Assembly (NCBI RefSeq): GCF_000015585.1
Contig: NC_008789.1
Span: forward strand, 1,950,001-1,982,000
Reading direction: 5' to 3'
Length of the DNA stretch: 32,000 nucleotides
Source of the DNA: Halorhodospira halophila SL1
Lineage (GTDB): Bacteria; Pseudomonadota; Gammaproteobacteria; Nitrococcales; Halorhodospiraceae
Both the position numbers and the translations under genes were made by a program. Position 1 is the first letter of the stretch. Every line of letters begins with the position of its first letter. Positions 10,051 through 20,117 of this stretch are shown here, in pieces. The notes beneath the pieces were generated by a model. That model was given only the letters and a program-made list of their open reading frames with translations, was not told the DNA's origin and ran no database searches.

Positions 10051-11196
10051 CTAACGCGGGCGCAGCGCGGTCATCCGCCCGCGGGCATCCATGACGTAGA
10101 CATCACCGCTGCCGGTCACCACCGGCGGCCGCTCCACTGGGACATCGGAGAGGCGCTCGCGGGCCACGAGTTCGCCATCCCTGAGGCGCAGCCAGTTGAC
10201 GTGACCGGCGTCGTCTCCCATGACCAGATAGCCCTCGTGGACCACCGGACGGGTCAGGGTCAGCCCCTCCAGGGCCTCCTGCCGCCAAGCTGTGGCGCCA
10301 TTTCGGCGATCAAAGGCCCAGACCCGGCCGTCATCGGCGGCCAGGTAGACCTCTTCATCGTGGGCGACCAACCCTCGATGGCTGCCCACCTCGCGGCTCC
10401 AGTGCTGGGCGCCATTGGCGATCCGCACTGCGCCGATCGCGCCCTGGTAGGCCACTGCATAGGCCGCACCGCGATGGATGACCGGATCGGCCGCGATGTC
10501 CGCCATCCGCTCGAGCTCGGTACGCCCCCTCGGCTCGGTCAGGGTGTGCTCCCAGCGCACGCTGCCATCCGCCACGTTCAGCGCCGCGAGCCGGCCGTTC
10601 TGGAGACCCACCACCGCGGTACCACCGCTGACCGCCGGGGCACTGTTCCGGCGCAGGGTCAGGGCGGGCACACTGCGGTCAAAGATCCACTGCCGCGACC
10701 CATCCTCGGCGTCGAGACCGTAGACCCGTCCATCGGCGCTGCGGGCCACCACCACCCCGCGGGTGTAGCGCGGACTCGCCAGGACCTGCGCCGACAGGCC
10801 GGTCATCCAGACCGGCTCACCGCTCTCCCGCTCGTAGGCGTAGATTCGGCCCTTGCGGTCCCCCACCAGCAGACGGTCCCCGGCTACCACCGGCCCGGCG
10901 GAGAGCGGCCGCTCCAGGCGATCGTGCCAGACGGGCTGACGGGTCTCGGCATCCAGGGCCCGGACCCAGCCGCGGGCGTCGGCCACATAGAGCACGCCGT
11001 CCGCATACGCGGGCTGCAGCGCGAAGGCACCGGATTCCAGACTGCCCACCGGCCGCCCGCTCCACGCCAATTCGACATCCAGCGCCTCATCCGCCTCGGT
11101 CTGCGGATTGGGCAGCGGGTCCTGCAAGGAACAGCCGGCTGCGGCCACGCCGAGCGCCGCAGCGGCACCGAGGGCGCGCAGTCCGACGCGGATCAC
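10051..11196 (-). CDS. bamB: outer membrane protein assembly factor BamB (PQQ-like beta-propeller lipoprotein)
   Basis: The lipobox is LGVAAAGC, and WD/PQQ-like blades repeat. It sits directly after yfgM, with a GTGA start/stop overlap at 11193-11196. Confidence 0.9.
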   Translation of the reverse strand: MIRVGLRALGAAAALGVAAAGCSLQDPLPNPQTEADEALDVELAWSGRPVGSLESGAFALQPAYADGVLYVADARGWVRALDAETRQPVWHDRLERPLSAGPVVAGDRLLVGDRKGRIYAYERESGEPVWMTGLSAQVLASPRYTRGVVVARSADGRVYGLDAEDGSRQWIFDRSVPALTLRRNSAPAVSGGTAVVGLQNGRLAALNVADGSVRWEHTLTEPRGRTELERMADIAADPVIHRGAAYAVAYQGAIGAVRIANGAQHWSREVGSHRGLVAHDEEVYLAADDGRVWAFDRRNGATAWRQEALEGLTLTRPVVHEGYLVMGDDAGHVNWLRLRDGELVARERLSDVPVERPPVVTGSGDVYVMDARGRMTALRPR

Positions 11197-11819
11197 GCCT
11201 CACTCTCCACGGCCTGCAGCTTCAGACGGACCAGTTCGCGGGACTGCGCCCCGAGCCCCTCCTGATCCAGCGCCTGCTGGTACGCCTCGGCGGCCTCGTC
11301 GTAGCGTCCCAACTCGCGGAGCAGATCGCCGCGAAGCTCGTCGAACGAGGCGGTAAAACCGGCGGAGACGGAGCCCTCGAGGACCGCCAGCGCCTCCTCC
11401 GGGTCCTCCTCGCCGAGCACGCGGGCCTGGCGCAGGCGGGCCAGTTCGACCATGGCGCTGTGGTCGGCGTTGTCGATCAGCCACCCGAGGGTCTCGGCCG
11501 CCCGCCGATACTCGCCCGCCTCGGCCTGGATACGGGCCATGCGCAGGGCGGTCATCCCGGCATAGCCGCTGCGGGCGTGGTCGTCCAGCACCCGCTGACC
11601 CGCCTGCTCCGCCGCCTCCGGCTCACCGGATTGAGTCGCCTGAAGGAACTCGGCGTAGGCCGCTGCGGCCTGCTGAGCCCCGCGCTCCTGCCACGTGCCA
11701 TACCCCCACCAGCCGGCCAGGATCAGCAGCGCCCCGGTCAACCCGAGGAGGATCGAGCCCCCATTGCGCTGCCACCAATCCTTGAGCTGCTGAAGCTGTT
11801 CGTCGTCGCTGCGCTCCAT
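11193..11819 (-). CDS. yfgM: YfgM-family membrane-anchored TPR-like protein
   Basis: The N-terminus is EQLQQLKDWWQRNGGSILLGLTGALLILAGWWGY, a single TM segment. The C-terminal part is TPR-like. It occupies the conserved position between hisS and bamB. Confidence 0.8.
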   Translation of the reverse strand: MERSDDEQLQQLKDWWQRNGGSILLGLTGALLILAGWWGYGTWQERGAQQAAAAYAEFLQATQSGEPEAAEQAGQRVLDDHARSGYAGMTALRMARIQAEAGEYRRAAETLGWLIDNADHSAMVELARLRQARVLGEEDPEEALAVLEGSVSAGFTASFDELRGDLLRELGRYDEAAEAYQQALDQEGLGAQSRELVRLKLQAVESEA

Positions 11820-11846
11820 CTCTATTCCCCTTGCCAGCGACCGGGG

Positions 11847-13118
<1,272 letters not shown>

Positions 13119-13122
13119 AACG

Positions 13123-13713
13123 CTACTCCGAATCCATCGACGTCCGACGCACACCGGTGCTCGGCGTGCCCGACTGCTCGCTTGCGGACTCCGGGGGCTG
13201 GCCCGTTTCCTCGCCCGGCCCAGCCGGCTCCGGCTCCCTGTCATCGAGCAGGATCGCGGTGAGGACCACAGCCACGGCGATCAGAAGTAGCAGGAGCGCG
13301 GCCGGTAGCCAGCGACGCCGTCGCGGGCCCCGCCCGGACGACCGGGGCTCGACGGCCGCCACGTTGCCCACGGCCCGCTCCTCGCTGACTGGATCGCTCC
13401 CCCGGCGCCGGTTGTAGGCCTCCACCACCGCCTCGGGGTCGAGCCCCACCAGCCGTGCGTAGGCGCGCAGGTACCCGCGCACAAAGGTTGGCGGCGGCAG
13501 GCGTTCATCGTCGTCCTCTTCCAGCGCGGTGACCCGGTCCGCCGGGAGATTGAGGCTCGCCCCCACGGCTCGTACGGTTCGCCCCTGCGCCTCACGGGCG
13601 CGCCGCAGCTGCTGCCCCGGCGATGGCGGGGCACCCTCCCCCTCCGCCGCTGCCGGGTCGCCGCCTGGCGGCCGCGCTCCGTCGCCGTCCCCGTGCGCCG
13701 TCTCATCACTCAT
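13123..13713 (-). CDS. rodZ: RodZ-like cytoskeleton protein (HTH plus one TM segment, short periplasmic tail)
   Basis: The HTH region [35 protein letters not shown]...[15 protein letters not shown] matches the RodZ N-terminal domain. A basic juxtamembrane RRRR precedes the TM segment [22 protein letters not shown]. The ATGA overlap with pilW is at 13710-13713. Confidence 0.75.
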   Translation of the reverse strand: MSDETAHGDGDGARPPGGDPAAAEGEGAPPSPGQQLRRAREAQGRTVRAVGASLNLPADRVTALEEDDDERLPPPTFVRGYLRAYARLVGLDPEAVVEAYNRRRGSDPVSEERAVGNVAAVEPRSSGRGPRRRRWLPAALLLLLIAVAVVLTAILLDDREPEPAGPGEETGQPPESASEQSGTPSTGVRRTSMDSE

Positions 13714-14453
13714 GGCCCGACCTCATCCGCGTGTAAACGTTCGCTCCACTCCGAACCGGGGAAGCGCTCGGCCAGCCTCTGCGCGAAGGCAGCGGCCTCC
13801 TCAGGTCGGTCCCGGGCTGCTGCCACACGTGCCGACCAGTACAGGCCGCGCGCCCCGGCACCACCGCTGTCACGAGCCCGCGCCAGGTCGTCTGCGGCTG
13901 CCTCGAGGGCCCCCTGGCGGTAGCGCAGCTCCCCGCGCACCACACGCGCCGGAGCGAACTCTGGTGCCGCCTCGACGGCCGCGTCCGCCCGTCGGGCGGC
14001 GGCGTCTTCGCGTCCCGCGTCGAGGGCACAGCGCGCGGCGTTGGTCAGCGGCACTTCGGCGGCATCATAGCCATCGACCTGGGCAGCCTCGGCGAAGACC
14101 GCCAACGCGTCGTCTTCCTCTCCGGCACGACACAGGCTGCGTCCCCAGTTATTCAGGATCGCCCCCGAGTCGGGATCGGCCTGCGCTGCTCGCTGATGGT
14201 ACCCATGAGCCGCCTGCGCGTCGCCCTGCGACTCGGCGACGAGCCCCATCCCGGTCAGCGCCTGGGGGTGCTCGGCATCGATCTGCAAGGCGCGCTCCAG
14301 GCGCGACCGCGCCTGATCGGGCTGCCCTTCGGCGATCAAGTAGAGACCCGCTCCAGCGTGGCTATCGGCTGCGCGCCGATCGTCAGGCACCTCGGGCCCG
14401 GTCGCGCAACCTGCAACCATCAGGACCGCCAGCATGGGCCCCGCTCGCCTCAC
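13710..14453 (-). CDS. pilW: type IV pilus biogenesis/stability TPR lipoprotein (PilW, called PilF in Pseudomonas)
   Basis: The lipobox is LMVAGC and the body is TPR-rich. It holds the conserved position between rlmN and rodZ. The GTG start overlaps the rlmN stop (GTGA). Confidence 0.75.
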   Translation of the reverse strand: MRRAGPMLAVLMVAGCATGPEVPDDRRAADSHAGAGLYLIAEGQPDQARSRLERALQIDAEHPQALTGMGLVAESQGDAQAAHGYHQRAAQADPDSGAILNNWGRSLCRAGEEDDALAVFAEAAQVDGYDAAEVPLTNAARCALDAGREDAAARRADAAVEAAPEFAPARVVRGELRYRQGALEAAADDLARARDSGGAGARGLYWSARVAAARDRPEEAAAFAQRLAERFPGSEWSERLHADEVGP

Positions 14454-15559
14454 GCCGGTCTCGCCACCTTGCTGGCCCGGGCGTCGCGAATCTCGCCGAC
14501 GAGTTGTCCACAGGCGCCGTCGATGTCATCCCCGCGGGTCTCGCGGATGGTCGCGGTTAGTCCGTGCTCGAGCAGCCGATCCGCAAACCGGCGCACCTGG
14601 CGGTCCGGCGTGCGGCCGTAGCGCGCCCCGGGATAGGGGTTGAACGGAATCAGGTTCACCTTCGACGGGATCCCGCGCAGCCGCTGGAGCAGCTCGCGGG
14701 CGTGCTCGTCCTGATCGTTCACCCCATCGAGCATGACGTACTCCCAGGTGATCCGCCGATGCGGCTTTTCCGCGATATAGGCGTGGCAGGCCGGCAGCAG
14801 GCGCTCGAGGGGATTCTTGCGGTTGAGCGGGACCAACTGGTTGCGCAGTTCGTTGTTGGGCGCGTGCAGCGATACCGCCAGGCTGACATCCGTGACGCGT
14901 TGCATGCGCTCGATGGCGTGGACGACGCCCGAGGTCGAGATGGTCACCCGACGCTTGGAGAGCACGAACCCGTAGTCGTCGGTGAACACGCGTGAGGCCG
15001 AAATGACCGGGTCGAAGTTGAGCAACGGCTCGCCCATTCCCATGAAGACGATGTTGGTAATCGCCCCCTCCGGAAGGTGCTGGCGCGCCACATGGACCTG
15101 ACCCACGATCTCGGCAGCGGTGAGGTTCCGCGAGAAACCGCCCTCGCCGGTGGCGCAAAAGGTGCAACCCATCGGGCACCCGGCCTGGGAGGAGATGCAC
15201 AGCGTCCCGCGTTTGGGCTCGGGGATGTAGACGGCCTCGACACAGTTGCCGTCGGCCAGGCGCACCACCCACTTGCGGGTGCCGTCGCTGGCCTGCTGAT
15301 CCGCAGCCACCTCGGGGAGACCGACCCGGGCGTGCTCACGCAGCCGCTGGCGCAACGCCTTACTGAGGTCGGTCATCTCGTCGAAGTCGTACACGTGGCG
15401 TTGATGCAGCCACTGCATGATCTGCCGGGCGCGAAACCGCTTCTCGCCCAGGGTATCGAAGAAGGCCGCCAACCGGGGCCGATCGAGCCCTAGCAGCTCG
15501 ACCGGACCCGACCGGCGCTCGGCATGCACCGCCTCGTGGTCAGCGGGAGCAGATCTCAT
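14450..15559 (-). CDS. rlmN: 23S rRNA/tRNA adenine-C2 methyltransferase, radical SAM
   Basis: The radical-SAM motif is [20 protein letters not shown] and the C-terminal [11 protein letters not shown] are collinear with E. coli RlmN. The start is ambiguous: the ATG at 15559 overlaps ndk by 20 nt, and the GTG at 15529 is the alternative. The track start at 15724 lies inside ndk. Confidence 0.92.
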   Translation of the reverse strand: MRSAPADHEAVHAERRSGPVELLGLDRPRLAAFFDTLGEKRFRARQIMQWLHQRHVYDFDEMTDLSKALRQRLREHARVGLPEVAADQQASDGTRKWVVRLADGNCVEAVYIPEPKRGTLCISSQAGCPMGCTFCATGEGGFSRNLTAAEIVGQVHVARQHLPEGAITNIVFMGMGEPLLNFDPVISASRVFTDDYGFVLSKRRVTISTSGVVHAIERMQRVTDVSLAVSLHAPNNELRNQLVPLNRKNPLERLLPACHAYIAEKPHRRITWEYVMLDGVNDQDEHARELLQRLRGIPSKVNLIPFNPYPGARYGRTPDRQVRRFADRLLEHGLTATIRETRGDDIDGACGQLVGEIRDARASKVARPA

Positions 15560-15965
15560 CGGCCTTAAAGAAGAACTCGATCTCGTTTTCCGCCGTCTCG
15601 GGGCTATCCGATCCGTGAACCGCGTTGGCGTCGATGCTCTCGGCAAAGTCGTGGCGCAGGGTACCGGCGGCGGCCTCCTTGGGGTTGGTGGCGCCCATGA
15701 TCTCGCGGTTCTTGCGGATGGCATCCTCGCCCTCGAGGACCTGCACCATCACCGGCCCGGAGGTCATGAAGCCGACCAGATCGTTGAAGAAGGGGCGCTC
15801 CTTGTGCACGGCGTAGAAGCTCTCGGCCTGCTCGGTGCTCAGCCGCACCATACGCGCGGCCACGACACGCAGCCCGGAGCGCTCGAAGCGCGCAAGGATC
15901 TCGCCGATGGCGTTCTGCGCGACGGCATCCGGTTTAATGATGGAAAGGGTTCGCTCGACGGCCAT
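15540..15965 (-). CDS. ndk: nucleoside-diphosphate kinase
   Basis: The protein begins [15 protein letters not shown], carries the active-site region NAVHGSD and is 141 aa. The ATG at 15965 has AGGAG 6 nt upstream. Confidence 0.95.
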   Translation of the reverse strand: MAVERTLSIIKPDAVAQNAIGEILARFERSGLRVVAARMVRLSTEQAESFYAVHKERPFFNDLVGFMTSGPVMVQVLEGEDAIRKNREIMGATNPKEAAAGTLRHDFAESIDANAVHGSDSPETAENEIEFFFKADEICSR

Positions 15966-15993
15966 TACATCTCCTGACGGTTTGGCTTTCAAC

Positions 15994-16023
15994 AAAAAAG
16001 CCGCAGCGCTAAGGTGCTGCGGC
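15994..16023 (-). terminator. intrinsic terminator after iscA
   Basis: The minus strand reads GCCGCAGC-ACCTTAGC-GCTGCGGC followed by TTTTTT: a perfect 8-bp stem, an 8-nt loop and a T6 tract. It ends 28 nt before the ndk ATG. Confidence 0.7.
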
Positions 16024-16040
16024 GCCTTGGGCAGCCTGAC

Positions 16041-16069
16041 AGTCTACCCCCCACCGGCAGCACCGACAA
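16041..16069 (-). promoter_or_regulatory. weak candidate sigma70-type promoter upstream of the iscA terminator and ndk
   Basis: The minus strand has TTGTCG (16069-16064), a 17-nt spacer and TAGACT (16046-16041). This is a pattern match only. Confidence 0.2.
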
Positions 16070-16087
16070 CGCCGCGCGCCCCGTCGC

Positions 16088-16411
16088 TCAGACGGCAAAG
16101 CTCTCGCCGCACCCACACAGATCCCGGACGTTCGGATTCCGGAAATCGAAACGGTAGTTGATGCCGTCACGGACGTAGTCCACCTCCGTCCCTTCCAGGA
16201 AGGGCCGATGCTGCTGCGCCACCACCACCTTCACCCCGTGGTTCTCGACGACCAGATCCTGCTCGCCGATCTCCTGGGCGTAATCCACCACGTAGGCGAA
16301 ACCGGAGCAGCCGCTCGCCTTGATGCCCAGGCGCAGGCCCTGCGCGGCATCCTCGCTGGCGAGCATCTTCTCGACATGCCGCGCGGCACGTTCGGTCAGG
16401 GTCACTGGCAT
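16088..16411 (-). CDS. iscA: A-type iron-sulfur cluster carrier (IscA/HesB family)
   Basis: The 107-aa product is MPVTLTERAARHVEKML...GIKASGCSGFAY...NPNVRDLCGCGESFAV, with the C-X(n)-CGC ligand pattern. The ATG at 16411 has AGGAGG 6 nt upstream. The track ORF to 16903 is an unsupported extension into cysE. Confidence 0.9.
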   Translation of the reverse strand: MPVTLTERAARHVEKMLASEDAAQGLRLGIKASGCSGFAYVVDYAQEIGEQDLVVENHGVKVVVAQQHRPFLEGTEVDYVRDGINYRFDFRNPNVRDLCGCGESFAV

Positions 16412-16478
16412 AGCTTGCCTCCTGTCACTGGGCACACCGCGGTAACGTGCCTGTTTGCATTCTAGGGGCTCCGCGCAA

Positions 16479-17267
16479 CTAACGGGAAGCGTCCTCGGGG
16501 CGCTCGCCACACGCCTTCTCCACCGAGCTCTCATCCACCTCCAGATCCGGCACCCGGGTCTCTTCCAGGCGGCCGCCCATCTGCTGCACGGCGCTGCACA
16601 GCTCCTCGATGCGCCGGTCGGTGACGTGGATGTGGTCCAGGATGGCGTTGACCGCCTGGGCCACCGGGTCGGGCATCTCGGTGGTGCCGTAGGCGTCGAA
16701 GCCGATGCGCCGAGCCACCCGGGCCCGCTGCTCGTCGCCGTCAGCACTGCGCTTGCGCTCGCCAACCTGACGCGCCGGGATCCCAACCATGGTCGCCCCC
16801 TCGGGGACGTCCTTGAGCACCACAGCATTGGAGCCGATGCGCGCGCCGCTGCCCACCCGGATGGGCCCGAGCAGCTTGGCCCCGGCCCCCACCACAACAT
16901 CATGACCCAGGGTCGGGTGGCGCTTACCCGATTGCCAACTGGTTCCTCCCAGCGTGACCCCGTGGTAGAGGGTCACGTCATCGCCGATATCAGCGGTCTC
17001 GCCGATGACCACGCCCATGCCGTGGTCGATGAAGAACCGCCGGCCGATCCGCGCCGCCGGATGGATCTCGATGCCCGTCACCCAGCGGCTAAACAGCCCG
17101 AGCATGCGCGCCACCCAGCGCAACCGCCAGCGCCACAGGCGGGCACTGATGCGGTGGAGGATCAGGGCGTGGAAACCGGGATAGGTGGTCACCACATGGA
17201 AGGCGTTCCGAGCGGCCGGATCGCGATCCATGACACAGCGGATATCCTCACGCAGGCGTCGCAGCAT
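16479..17267 (-). CDS. cysE: serine O-acetyltransferase
   Basis: The hexapeptide-repeat core is IHPAARIGRRFFIDHGMGVVIGETADIGDDVTLYHGVTLGG...VVVGAGAKLLGPIRVGSGARIGSNAVV. The N-terminus has the DPAARN motif. Confidence 0.92.
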   Translation of the reverse strand: MLRRLREDIRCVMDRDPAARNAFHVVTTYPGFHALILHRISARLWRWRLRWVARMLGLFSRWVTGIEIHPAARIGRRFFIDHGMGVVIGETADIGDDVTLYHGVTLGGTSWQSGKRHPTLGHDVVVGAGAKLLGPIRVGSGARIGSNAVVLKDVPEGATMVGIPARQVGERKRSADGDEQRARVARRIGFDAYGTTEMPDPVAQAVNAILDHIHVTDRRIEELCSAVQQMGGRLEETRVPDLEVDESSVEKACGERPEDASR

Positions 17268-17271
17268 CCAT

Positions 17272-18021
17272 CTACCCTTTACGACAATTGGACTCGCGCC
17301 AGCGGCGCGGGTTGAGTACGTGGCTGATCAGACCGCGCAGCATCCGTACCTCATCCTCGGTCAGCCATGCGCGGCGAAAGATGTTACGCAGCCGCCGCAT
17401 CGTCAGCGCGGGGTTGTGCCGGTCGAGATAACCCACCCGACCGGCCATCTCCTCCAGGTGATCGAAGAAACGCTCCAGCGTATCCACCGCCGCGGGCGGC
17501 TCCTCCGCCTGGCCCTGCACCGGCCCCCCGGCCGCGGCCGCCATGCGCAACTCCCACGCTACCAGCTGCACCGACTGCGCCACATTCAGGGAACTGTAAT
17601 CCGGATCCGTGGGGATCTGCACCAGGTAGTGGCAATGGTCGAGTTCGGCGTTGGTCAGGCCGGTGCGCTCCCGCCCGAACACCCACGCCAGGTCACCGTC
17701 ACCCCCCTGGGCGACAGCGGACTCGGCGGCCGGGCGCAACTCCAGCCGAGGCTGCCGCTCGGCACGACTGCGCGCCGACAGCCCAAAGGCCAGGCGACAG
17801 CCGGTCAGGGCCGTGGCAAGGTCCGGAGCAGTCCGCGCCCGCTCCAGGACATCGCCCGCGCCGGCGGCCCGGGCCACGGCCTCCGGGTCGCCCGGGTCAC
17901 ACTGCGGGTCCACCAGGTAGAGGTCCCGCAGTCCCATGGTGCGCATGGCTCGCGCAGCCGCGCCGATGTTGCCGGGGTGGGTGGTCCCGACCAACACAAT
18001 ACGTGTGCGTTCAAGGCTCAA
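17272..18021 (-). CDS. trmJ: tRNA (cytidine/uridine-2'-O)-methyltransferase, SpoU class
   Basis: (M)SLERTRIVLVGTTHPGNIGAAARAMRTMGLRDLYLVDP is collinear with the E. coli TrmJ N-terminus. The TTG at 18021 has GGGAGG 5 nt upstream. It is divergent from suhB, as in E. coli and Pseudomonas. Confidence 0.88.
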   Translation of the reverse strand: MSLERTRIVLVGTTHPGNIGAAARAMRTMGLRDLYLVDPQCDPGDPEAVARAAGAGDVLERARTAPDLATALTGCRLAFGLSARSRAERQPRLELRPAAESAVAQGGDGDLAWVFGRERTGLTNAELDHCHYLVQIPTDPDYSSLNVAQSVQLVAWELRMAAAAGGPVQGQAEEPPAAVDTLERFFDHLEEMAGRVGYLDRHNPALTMRRLRNIFRRAWLTEDEVRMLRGLISHVLNPRRWRESNCRKG

Positions 18022-18093
18022 GATGGCCTCCCGGTCTGAATCGCATCAGTTTTGCTGTTATCCTGTAGCGCGTCCAGCGTAGGAGCTTTCCCG

Positions 18094-18903
18094 ATGCATC
18101 CAATGGTCAACATCGCAGTCCGTGCAGCACGGGCTGGCGGGGATCTCATCGTCCGCAACATCGATCGACTCGACCGGGTCCAGGTCGAGTCCAAAGGCCG
18201 CTACGATTTCGTCTGCGACATCGACCGCCAGGCCGAGGCGGCCATCGTGCAGACGATCCAACGCGCCTATCCGCAGCACGCCATTCTCGCCGAAGAGGGC
18301 GGCCTGCAGGGACATGCGCAGAGCAAGGCGGAGTATACGTGGATCATTGATCCGCTGGACGGCACGGCCAATTTCCTGCGCGGGTATCCGCACATCGGCG
18401 TATCCATTGCCGTGCAGAAAGAAGACCAGCTCGAGGCGGCAGCCATCTACGATCCGCTGCGCCAAGAGCTGTTCACCGCCTCGCGGGGCAACGGTGCACA
18501 ACTCGACGGCCGACGCATCCGCGTGCCGCAGCGCCGTAGCGTCGACGGGGCCATGATCGGCACCGGCTTCCCGTTTAAGAACCAGGCGCTGATGCCGGCC
18601 TATCTGCGCATGTTCTCCGCGGTCACCGAGCACGCCGAGGACATGCGCCGCGCCGGCTCCGCGGCGCTGGATCTGGCCTACGTGGCCGCCGGGCGGCTAG
18701 ACGGCTACTTCGAGCTGGGCCTGAAACCTTGGGATATCGCCGGCGGTACCCTGCTGGTGCGCGAGGCGGGCGGCATCGTGACAGACATCACCGGCGAGGA
18801 CCGGGCCCTGGCCACCGGTCATGTCGTCGCGGGCGCCCCCAAGGTCCACAGTGGCCTGCTGAACACCATCCGCGCCCACGCCGCTGAGCTACCCACCGGC
18901 TGA
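18094..18903 (+). CDS. suhB: inositol monophosphatase family protein
   Basis: MHPMVNIAVRAARAGG begins the protein, with WIIDPLDGTANF and a WDIAGG-type motif. The ATG at 18094 has AGGAG 8 nt upstream. Confidence 0.9.
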   Translation: MHPMVNIAVRAARAGGDLIVRNIDRLDRVQVESKGRYDFVCDIDRQAEAAIVQTIQRAYPQHAILAEEGGLQGHAQSKAEYTWIIDPLDGTANFLRGYPHIGVSIAVQKEDQLEAAAIYDPLRQELFTASRGNGAQLDGRRIRVPQRRSVDGAMIGTGFPFKNQALMPAYLRMFSAVTEHAEDMRRAGSAALDLAYVAAGRLDGYFELGLKPWDIAGGTLLVREAGGIVTDITGEDRALATGHVVAGAPKVHSGLLNTIRAHAAELPTG

Positions 18904-18923
18904 TCGCGCTGCCCGGCGCGGCC

Positions 18924-20117
18924 TCACCCCAGGCCGCGCTCCAGGTCGCGGATGATATCCGCCGGATCCTCCAACCCAACGGAAACCCGCACCAGCCCCT
19001 CGCGGATGCCGGCGGCCGCGCGCAACTCATCGGAGATGGTGCCGTGGGTGGTGGTCGCCGGATGGGTGATGGTGGACTTGGTGTCCCCCAGGTTGCCGGT
19101 GATCGACAGCATGCGCGTGCTGTCGATCAGACGCCAGGCTGCCTCCCGGCCTCCGGGGAGCTCGAAGGCCACAATCCCGCCGAACCCGCTCTGCTGCGCC
19201 GCGGCCAGGCGGTGGTGGGGATGGTCCGGCAGCCCGGCGTAGTGGACCCGCTCGACGCCGGGATGGCCCTGCAGCCACTCCGCCACCTGCTGGGCATTCC
19301 GGCTGTGCGCATGCATGCGCAGGGACAGCGTCTCCAATCCCTTGAGGAACACCCAGGCGTTGAACGGGCTCATGCACGGCCCGGCGGTGCGGATGAAACC
19401 GTGGATCTCTTCCCCCACGCGCTGGGCGTCGCCAACCACCGCGCCACCGACACAGCGACCTTGACCGTCCAGGTACTTGGTGGCCGAGTGGATCACCAGG
19501 TCGGCCCCCATCTCCAGCGGGCGCTGCAGGGCGGGGGTACAGAAGCAGTTGTCGATCGCCAACAGGGCTTCGTGGGCATGGGCCACCTCCGCGAGGCGGC
19601 GGATGTCCACCACCTCGTTGAGGGGGTTGGAGGGCGTCTCAGCAAAGAGCAGGCGCGTGTTCGGCTGCACCGCATCAGCCCAGGCCCGCTCGTCGCTCAA
19701 CGGCACCCAGCTGACCTCGATGCCCCAGCGCGGCAGGTACTTGGTCAGCAGCGACAGGGTGGTCCCGAAGAGGGTCCGCGAGGCGACCACGTGGTCGCCG
19801 GCCTGCAGCAGCCCCAGGCACGTCGCCAGCACCGCCGACATGCCTGAAGCCGTCCCGACGCAGGCCTGCCCGCCCTCCAGGGCGGCCAGGCGGTCGCAGA
19901 AGGTCCGCACCGTCGGGTTGGTGAAACGCGAGTAGACGTTCCCGGGGTCCTCACCGGAGAAACGCGCGGCCGCCTGTGCGGCACTCTCGAAGGTAAAGCT
20001 GGAGGTCGGGTAGATGGGCTCCGACTGCTCCTGGGCATCGGTGCGCACCTGACCGGCTCGCACCGCCCGGGATTCGAACCCGGCGAGCGGATCGTCATCA
20101 GGCCTGGTTGTGCACAT
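18924..20117 (-). CDS. metZ: O-succinylhomoserine sulfhydrylase / Cys-Met-metabolism PLP enzyme
   Basis: [38 protein letters not shown] and [12 protein letters not shown] (PLP lysine region) are present. It follows purF, as in Pseudomonas. The ATG at 20117 overlaps the purF 3' end by 20 nt. Confidence 0.87.
   Translation of the reverse strand: MCTTRPDDDPLAGFESRAVRAGQVRTDAQEQSEPIYPTSSFTFESAAQAAARFSGEDPGNVYSRFTNPTVRTFCDRLAALEGGQACVGTASGMSAVLATCLGLLQAGDHVVASRTLFGTTLSLLTKYLPRWGIEVSWVPLSDERAWADAVQPNTRLLFAETPSNPLNEVVDIRRLAEVAHAHEALLAIDNCFCTPALQRPLEMGADLVIHSATKYLDGQGRCVGGAVVGDAQRVGEEIHGFIRTAGPCMSPFNAWVFLKGLETLSLRMHAHSRNAQQVAEWLQGHPGVERVHYAGLPDHPHHRLAAAQQSGFGGIVAFELPGGREAAWRLIDSTRMLSITGNLGDTKSTITHPATTTHGTISDELRAAAGIREGLVRVSVGLEDPADIIRDLERGLG

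Noticed and set aside
10043-10067. An 8-bp perfect inverted repeat, CGCTGCGC-N9-GCGCAGCG, between the convergent pentapeptide-repeat gene and bamB. It could be a bidirectional terminator.
   Set aside because: There is no U-tract on either strand. The right arm and loop lie within the bamB 3' coding end and stop codon. It may stabilise the 3' ends of both mRNAs but cannot be called a terminator from sequence alone.
20067-20083. A perfect tRNA-like T-arm on the minus strand, CCGGG-TTCGAAT-CCCGG.
   Set aside because: It lies inside metZ coding sequence, where it encodes AGFESRA. No matching acceptor 5' strand, D-arm or anticodon arm occurs at the required spacing, and no CCA-compatible 3' end follows. 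It is a coincidental palindrome.
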